Assembly: GCF_006345805.1 (NCBI RefSeq) | Contig: NW_021825729.1 | Span: forward strand, 1-14,742 | Source of the DNA: Octopus sinensis | Lineage: Eukaryota | DNA: 14,742 nucleotides | Direction: 5' to 3' | Part shown: piece by piece, positions 8,699-14,742 of the stretch | How the letters are laid out: the number at the start of each line of letters is the position of its first letter | Position numbering within the stretch: position 1 is the stretch's first letter | Translations under genes and position numbers: made by a program | The notes under the pieces: generated by a model | What the model saw: only the letters and a program-made list of their open reading frames with translations | Database searches by the model: none | What the model was told of the DNA's origin: nothing

Positions 8699-9232
8699 AA
8701 AAAATTATGATACTAAACAATATTTCGGATGTTTTCTAAGATTTACCGTCTTTGAAATAACAAGGAACGGTACTTCACATACTCATTTTCCATATCTTCC
8801 TCTTTTTTGGTTCTGTAAAGTTTTCAGAAAATGCCGTCCAGCGCCTCTCGATGATTAAATTAAAAAAACTGATTCTGGGAGACATTCTCGCAGCTTGGGG
8901 TAAAGAGACTTTATGACATCAATATTCCTCAGTGTGTAATTATTGTAAAACATACAACCACATTTAGTGGGTAAATAGGCATAGCCTTGTTTTTATTGTG
9001 GCTACATTTTAAGGGATCAATGAAAGTCCATTTTATAAGCTCATTTTATTAAAATTATTAAAAAATCTATTTAGAAAAACTAGAGATTCTTCTGTTGCTT
9101 CTCTAATTAATTAAAACAAAACTAATAAAATATTTATTAATTAAATTTTAAAAGATTGGTATTTAAAATAATTATTAATTAAATAGCACGTTTTAATTTT
9201 GAATTTAAGACTGTATTGTGAATACAGTACAA

Positions 9233-11478
9233 ATGATGGAGACTTGTGAATACAAACTAGATATAAGTCTTCCAAAGCTTCAAGACTACATTAAACGCGA
9301 TCCTTCCTCTTACATTGACGAAGTAAAATAATTTATTAATTTCAAGTTTTCAGTACAATATCAACATTACCATTCATGTCTTAAAATATTTATAAACAAT
9401 CCATCACACAACGCTCAAAAATTTCTTTCTTTAGTCGCATTTGTATCCCACGTATAATTAAATAATCCAATTAATCAGGTAGCCCATCTCTACCCTCAAA
9501 AAACAACAGAATTCCCCAGGGAAGTACTCTCAGTTTTAAAAGAACTGTCAACAGTCCTACGACCAGATGTTCGACTGGTTTAGTACTCTGTTTATTGCTA
9601 GGGGTTGTGCAAAGCTCTGATTATACTACGCAATAAAAGATGTTGCAGTGCATCTTTTCTTGTAGAAGAATTCTTCCAATTACATCACTGTGATGATCGA
9701 CCTCTCCGAAAGCTTATATTCTCATTTATTCTTTGCGCTATTCAACGTCCTCTCGAGTCAAACGAAGGAAAAGAACTTCGAAATTTTGTTTTAAACAAAT
9801 TAACAGGAAATGAAGGCGACGCTCGACTGGCATTGGTAATTGTCTATTTTACATTTTGTAGAGACTTTCAACCGAGTTATGCAGACGTGGTTATTGGAAG
9901 GACGACAAGGCAATTAACGCAGTGGCAGGGATGTGTTTCTCTGACTCAGAAGCTCTGTCAATAATCGCTATTGCATTTTTCCTCGGAACTACAAAGGAAT
10001 GTGGGCTAGTAGATGAGGAAGACCAGGTTAGTTATTTGATTAGTCACGTGATAGAAATCATCCATTAAGGCTGTAAAATTAGCTCACAGAGTTGGCAAGA
10101 AGACTGCTGGAAGGAAACGAATAATGGAAAGGAGAATTAGACAAATCGAAACTAATTTTGAGCGAAATAACACCCAGAAGAAGTATATGGGCTACGAGCC
10201 ACTCTACAATATTTATGACCCACAGAAATTCGCATCAAAGCTTTATAAGCGTCTTGAAGCTAGTAAATCTCGATTCCAAATGAGACTTATGTTGATGAAT
10301 TTGGTTTCTCGACTTATTGGTATACATGAGGTACTGTTAATTAGTCTATACTTTATAGTTGGTTGTTAATCAGTTCTATCCCTTCATTGGGCGTTATTTA
10401 AGGCCGCAAAATAGAGGTTCTATTTGTTTACGAGTTTTAGAAGTAACAAAGATGTTACTTTATGCAGCACAAGCAGTGCACCACCACGTCGATCCAACAG
10501 TAAATAAATTTATTAAAATATATTTATAAATATATATAATTTAAAATAAATAGATTGTGGAAATATTGATGAGAACTATTGCCGATCATTTTATAACTGA
10601 TGCAAATTCTGGGGAAGCCATCGCAATAGGGTATTCCGTCTTTAAATATTTCAAGTTTAAACACAGTAAGAGAAATCTCTTGTCGGTGTCCTCATGCTAT
10701 GACCGAGGACCTTCTCAGAGATTTGGTCAACTATAGGAACTACAAACACAAATGTATTTTGCTGTGTACTATTCCAGCCGCCTCCATGTCCGCGAAATCC
10801 CTCATAACTCTATTCCGGACAGTCAACCCAAAGCTACTGCATCGCAAAGACAGAGTTAGCTAGCATGGAGATGACCAACTTAGGGGAAACCAATTTCAGG
10901 CAAAAAGGCAGTTTTGGAGTTGGGGAATACTATTCTTGATTATGTTCCTGGTGCTGAGGTTATTCCGTTGGAAGAAGGCGGGAAAATAAACCTAACAGTT
11001 AGAATTGTTCAATAAAATCCAGGATGGGGATAAAGAAGAGCAGGCAAGAATTGCTAGTAGAACACGTGTATTTGGAGAAGATGATTTGAGGTTACTGAGG
11101 AAGTACCGGGCGGGAAATGATTTGGAAGACGTGGAAGTCGCAGAAGATGTTTCTAGTTCGGACAGTGAAGACAGTGGTCCGGCTGACTTAGTGTCGTATT
11201 CTGACTTGACACATCTTCACAAGAGCATCAAGAAGACTCGTGAGGAGAGAATGGAGGAGAATAAGGTGAGGGAGTATGTAAACGAGTGTCTAGGAAAGGA
11301 AGGGAGCGAGACGTAAGAGGAATGGGAAAAAGTCCACCAAAAAGTCTTTTCGGGCTACTAATCGAGAAAAGAAAAAAATGAAGAATTTTGGAATGGTTAA
11401 ACATAAGATTTTGGCACGACGCAAAGTTTGATATTATTTTAATTCTCTCAGAGCGTTAAGAAGGGCAGAAAAAAATGA
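9233..11478 (+). CDS. SDA1: Protein SDA1 homolog (60S ribosome biogenesis/export factor), 617 aa, 15 exons
   Basis: Exons 9233-9322, 9347-9451, 9479-9577, 9602-9835, 9862-10026, 10055-10330, 10359-10416, 10441-10499, 10554-10630, 10656-10753, 10778-10854, 10884-10997, 11023-11265, 11294-11425 and 11452-11478 splice into one stop-free frame. Family motifs: LPKLQDYIKRDPSSY, LCKALIILRNK, IYDPQKFASKLY, LVSRLIGIHE, FYPFIGRYLRPQNREVTK, GLNTVREI, LLHRKDRGKP and TNREKKKMKNFGM. Confidence 0.95.
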
Positions 11479-11490
11479 CAATCTTTTCAA

Positions 11491-11496
11491 AATAAA
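11491..11496 (+). promoter_or_regulatory. Candidate polyadenylation signal AATAAA for SDA1
   Basis: It lies 13 nt after the stop codon and is followed by a T/G-rich stretch. The hexamer is common in AT-rich DNA, so support is weak. Confidence 0.45.
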
Positions 11497-12260
11497 TTGT
11501 GTTTTTAATTTATACAAGTTTTGGTAAAATTGTTTGGGAAAAGATCATTACCTAAAATTTTCGTTCTAATTTTTTGTTGACACTATCTACTTAATTCATT
11601 TTAATTGGCGTGTTTGGTATTCACACTTTGCAGGTTGGATATAGCTACATTTGGTAGATGTTTAGCTAGTGAGGAAGCAATCAGTCATAATAATTAATAG
11701 TATGTTAATTTATTAAAGCTTTTGTGAAATTTACCATTTGACATTAATTTGAATTGCCCTTAATGACATTTTCTAATGGCAAATCCAATAAGATTAAGAT
11801 TTCTTAGATTGTTGGTGTTTAAAATTTGTAAGTTTTTTCTGCGTATTTAATGTTCATTTTGTCTTCCACATAAATTAAATATTTTTTTTATAACTTTAGA
11901 TATTTGCATCCTTACAATCGCCATTTTCAAGGTTGTCAACGAATTTGTGTAAATCTAATTTTTCCTCTGGAGGACTTCGGTGAGAATTTGAGGCGTAGTT
12001 CGAGAGAAATTGGAGTTATTTTAGGAATGCTTAAACTACTAGTGTGTACCTTAGTCACGTTAAACATGATCTTTCAATAATAGGTACTTTGTTTTGGATT
12101 CGAGCTAGAAAAGTTCATCTAAATTTAGTTTGAAAGAAATTTTCAGTTCGGGCTAATACGACAGTGGCGTTTTTTTAATATTCTTACTTTTATGATTTAT
12201 TAATTATATTGGTTTAAAAATGAATAAAATTATATTTTGTCTTTAGTGTTTTGTTGAGCA

Positions 12261-12591
12261 ATGTCTCGGTACGACGACGGAGTAACAAAATTAAAGAATG
12301 TCACAGAATTTTCTGATAAGGCGGATATGGAAACTCCTAAGGTAAGAATTATATACTATTAAACATAGAATATAAATTTCGACAAGTCTGCTCAGTCAGT
12401 TCCAAAAGCGAAAGAAGTCATTACATTAAAGAATGCAGATATTGATTTTATAGTTCTGATTTTTGATTCAGTTTAAGGTCTGTGAAATGGACGTGGAGAG
12501 AGATGTGGCGAGAAAGATTTTAACAAATAATAAGGGATCTCTCGATGATTCCATTCGGCAAATGATTAGTTCAAAATCTTGGACTTATTAA
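12261..12591 (+). CDS. HYPK: Huntingtin-interacting protein K homolog (NatA-associated, UBA-like C-terminus), 92 aa, 3 exons
   Basis: Exons 12261-12341, 12369-12452 and 12478-12591 (introns 27 and 25 nt) give MSRYDDGVTKLKNVTEFSDKADMETPK-NINFDKSAQSVPKAKEVITLKNADIDFI-VCEMDVERDVARKILTNNKGSLDDSIRQMISSKSWTY. This matches the HYPK pattern (L-x-x-VTD/E; I-K-x-x-D-x-x-x-I-x-x-EM). The gene is missed by the ORF track. Confidence 0.8.
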
Positions 12592-12800
12592 AATAATTTT
12601 TTACCTTAATTAAAAAATAATATTTTTATCCACTTTACTGGTGTGTTTAAAAACGTCAATTTTCGAGAAGAAAAATAATATTAGTTAATTTATTATTATT
12701 ATATTTATGTTTAAATAAATAGTTTTTTATTCTGTGGTTAAAATTCTTTTAATTTTTCACTTTCTGTAGCATGTGAGTTTAATAAAAATTAATCATAAAG

Positions 12801-13715
12801 ATGATTCAGAAGTTGATTGGTGAACAATTTATTGCGCAAAAAGAAAAATCACGAACCATGCTCTATGTCCTCCACGGGTTGTTCGGATCTCGTCGAAATT
12901 GGAGAAGTGTTTGTAAACAGTTATCAAAATGTGGATATAATGTACAAATTTATTTTTAATATTAAAGTCCACCGCCATAGATCTTCGCAATCACGGAGAT
13001 AGTTTCCACTCACCTCAAATGGATTACCTTACAATGTCACAAGATGTCATAAACCACATAAAAGAAGAAAATCAGAGTCCATCTAACTTAATAGGGCATA
13101 GTATGGGAGGCAAAGTAGCCATGATAACAGCGCTGTTTAATGTAATTTTGAATGGTTCTAAATTAGCCTACAATATTAAATAAGTTGGTTGTAATTGATG
13201 TTTCGCCTGCATATGTTCCTATTTCTGACTCAAATATTCTTCTCGCAGATGCAATGATGTCGACGATTATGCCAGACGGGTCTGTTTATATGGCAGATGC
13301 CAGGAGAATGGTTGATAATTCTTTAGAGTCTAAAATCTCAGTACTTTTAATTTTTTTACTTTAGTCCAAAAAAATGAGGGATTTTTTATTGACTAATCTT
13401 TTTGCCAGAGATGGTAAATATGGATGGAAATTTAACTTACCCGCTATCATAGAGAATTTTGATATTCTTTTTGGTTTTCCGAATGTAGGAAATAAGACAT
13501 TTGAGGGCCCAACGTTATTTATTCGGGGGGCTAAATCTAATTTTATAACGTTGTGTTTATTGGTTTAAATCAACAGGGAAGAAAGTGAGAAGGTTATTTC
13601 CCGATTATTTCCGAATGCTGTCCATCATACTGTTCAGGATGCAGGGCATTGGGTTCATTCAGAAAAACAAGATTTGGTTGTTGAAATATTGGACGATTTT
13701 TTCGATTCAAAATGA
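12801..13715 (+). CDS. ABHD11: Alpha/beta hydrolase ABHD11 / YbfF-type esterase, 270 aa, 5 exons
   Basis: Exons 12801-12941, 12968-13141, 13167-13340, 13365-13549 and 13577-13715 (introns 26, 25, 24 and 27 nt). Motifs: LHGLFGSRRNW, DLRNHGDS, GHSMGGK (nucleophile elbow), LVVIDVSP, FLLTNL, GPTLFIRGAKSNFI and AGHWVHSE (catalytic His). Confidence 0.92.
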
Positions 13716-14092
13716 TTTTAAAAATTTTGGTGAAAACTTTAAATTATTCTTTTCGCAGTAATGTTTATTATTAATTTTATTAGTTTAGGGAGTAATTATG
13801 TAGCAAAATTATTTTACGATTTTATATTACAAAATCCAATAAAAAACTATAAAAGCCGATAAACACACCCACCCATACCCATAACACACCCATAAACACT
13901 TTTCTAGCTTAACAAAATAAAATAGTCTTATCACCGTCATAAATTCTAAAATATAATTGAAACAATCATTTACTTCCAATAATATAAAAATTGTGAATAA
14001 TTAAGTGTCCCACACTTATAGGCAAAAGTGTTGACAACACTCTCAGATCTTCATACATGTGATTCAGTGGTAGAGACTAGAACGCAAAAGCT

Positions 14093-14742
14093 ATGAAAGC
14101 CATACCCGGGGAAACATGTATTGGATTCAATAGAGGAAACCGGAGAAATATGCCTGTAACTGTCTTGATTCAATTTTGTATCTGTTTAGACCTATTCTTA
14201 TATAACACGACATTCTGTCATTCAGGCAAACATAAAACGAAATGGACTGGAATCAGAAAAGATTCAAATGGAATTTACATACAAATTTTCAATCAAATAG
14301 ACTCCATTCTCTAAAAAGCTGCTCATAAACATTTACTTGTGGTTATATGGGGAACTGAAGACAAATAGTGACCACTCGCGTCGTACTATATGCATACAAT
14401 CAACTAAACAAAACTTACGGATGAAAAACAAGAAAGTTTCAATCTTGAAAATGTTAAACAGAGGTACGTAAACAGACTACAATTAGTACTCAACAATATT
14501 GATATGCCGAAACCTGTAAATACGATGTGAGATGCAGTGCCCAGTTCAATGAAGTGGACAGCTCTGAATGTCGTGGATTCGTTTAAGTCTCAACTATTTG
14601 ACAGAAATATATTTGAATGGTTCGCTAAAAAACGATTACTTGGATTTACAATCAATGAATACTTTTTTAACTCAAATGTCTTAAAAATGGCATCAAATGG
14701 ATGGCTTGTAAGTTTGTAGTATTCAAGAATTTCAAGCATCAA
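14093..14742 (+). pseudogene. Possible decayed intron-containing gene fragment, weakly BPI/LBP (TULIP)-like, truncated by the window edge
   Basis: Putative GT-AG introns 14156-14189, 14464-14486 and 14708-14727 keep one frame, with in-frame TAG (14298) and TGA (14528). The segments VIQANIKRNGLE and KRLLGFTINEYFFNSNVLKMASNGWL recall the BPI/LBP motifs VVVRISQKGLDY and [25 protein letters not shown]. This match is by eye only. Confidence 0.3.

Larger units (their letters stand above)
5032..9044 (-). pseudogene. Candidate small decayed host gene of unknown family, interrupted by the retroelement and probably the Helitron
   Basis: Exons ~9040-9006, 8985-8870, 8844-8747 and 5084-5032 chain in one frame through GT-AG introns of 20, 25 and 54 nt (last one measured at the empty site). 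The product is LIKWTFIDPLKCYAYLPTKCGCMFYNNYTLRNIDVIKSLYPKLRECLPESALDGIF*KLYRTKKEEDMENEYVKYRSLLFQRRYIG*LYEYLRDMPPFYF. It has two in-frame stops, no in-frame ATG and no recognised homology. Confidence 0.35.

Noticed and set aside
11479-12260. Possible hidden intron-rich gene between SDA1 and HYPK (short open stretches on the minus strand, ATG at 12118)
   Set aside because: I could not assemble a consistent spliced frame or recognise any motif. RNA-seq would be needed.
13861-13900. C/A-rich CCCATA-type repeats as telomere-like or regulatory sequence
   Set aside because: Only three irregular copies, indistinguishable from low-complexity intergenic DNA.
8824-14530. Stop-codon reassignment (UGA=Trp or UAR=Gln) suggested by in-frame stops in the two candidate pseudogenes
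   Set aside because: SDA1, HYPK and ABHD11 (~980 codons) have no internal stops, use TGG for all five Trp codons seen, and end at TGA or TAA.

Overview
AT-rich eukaryotic DNA in the standard genetic code, from an organism with dense, tiny spliceosomal introns (19 of 20 confidently modelled introns are 24-29 nt). This resembles myxozoan or dicyemid-type parasite genomes, but the taxon cannot be proven from this window. The right half holds three compact host genes on the + strand: SDA1 (15 exons), HYPK (3 exons) and ABHD11 (5 exons), plus a possible decayed BPI/LBP-like gene at the edge. The left half holds two transposons with intact ends, 88 bp apart. The first is a non-autonomous Helitron (380-5002, - strand, A|TC...CTAG|T) carrying a deleted Pif1-type helicase remnant and about 29 tandem copies of a ~95-bp unit with higher-order structure. 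The second is an apparently full-length RT + CCHC + restriction-like-endonuclease non-LTR retrotransposon (R4/Dong-like, ~5091-8688) with a target-site duplication. It is broken only by eight 1-bp indels. Both elements appear to interrupt the same small decayed minus-strand gene, and the retroelement's TSD duplicates a candidate 3' splice site. The array-next-to-RT layout is best explained as two independent insertions, not a CRISPR- or retron-like system.
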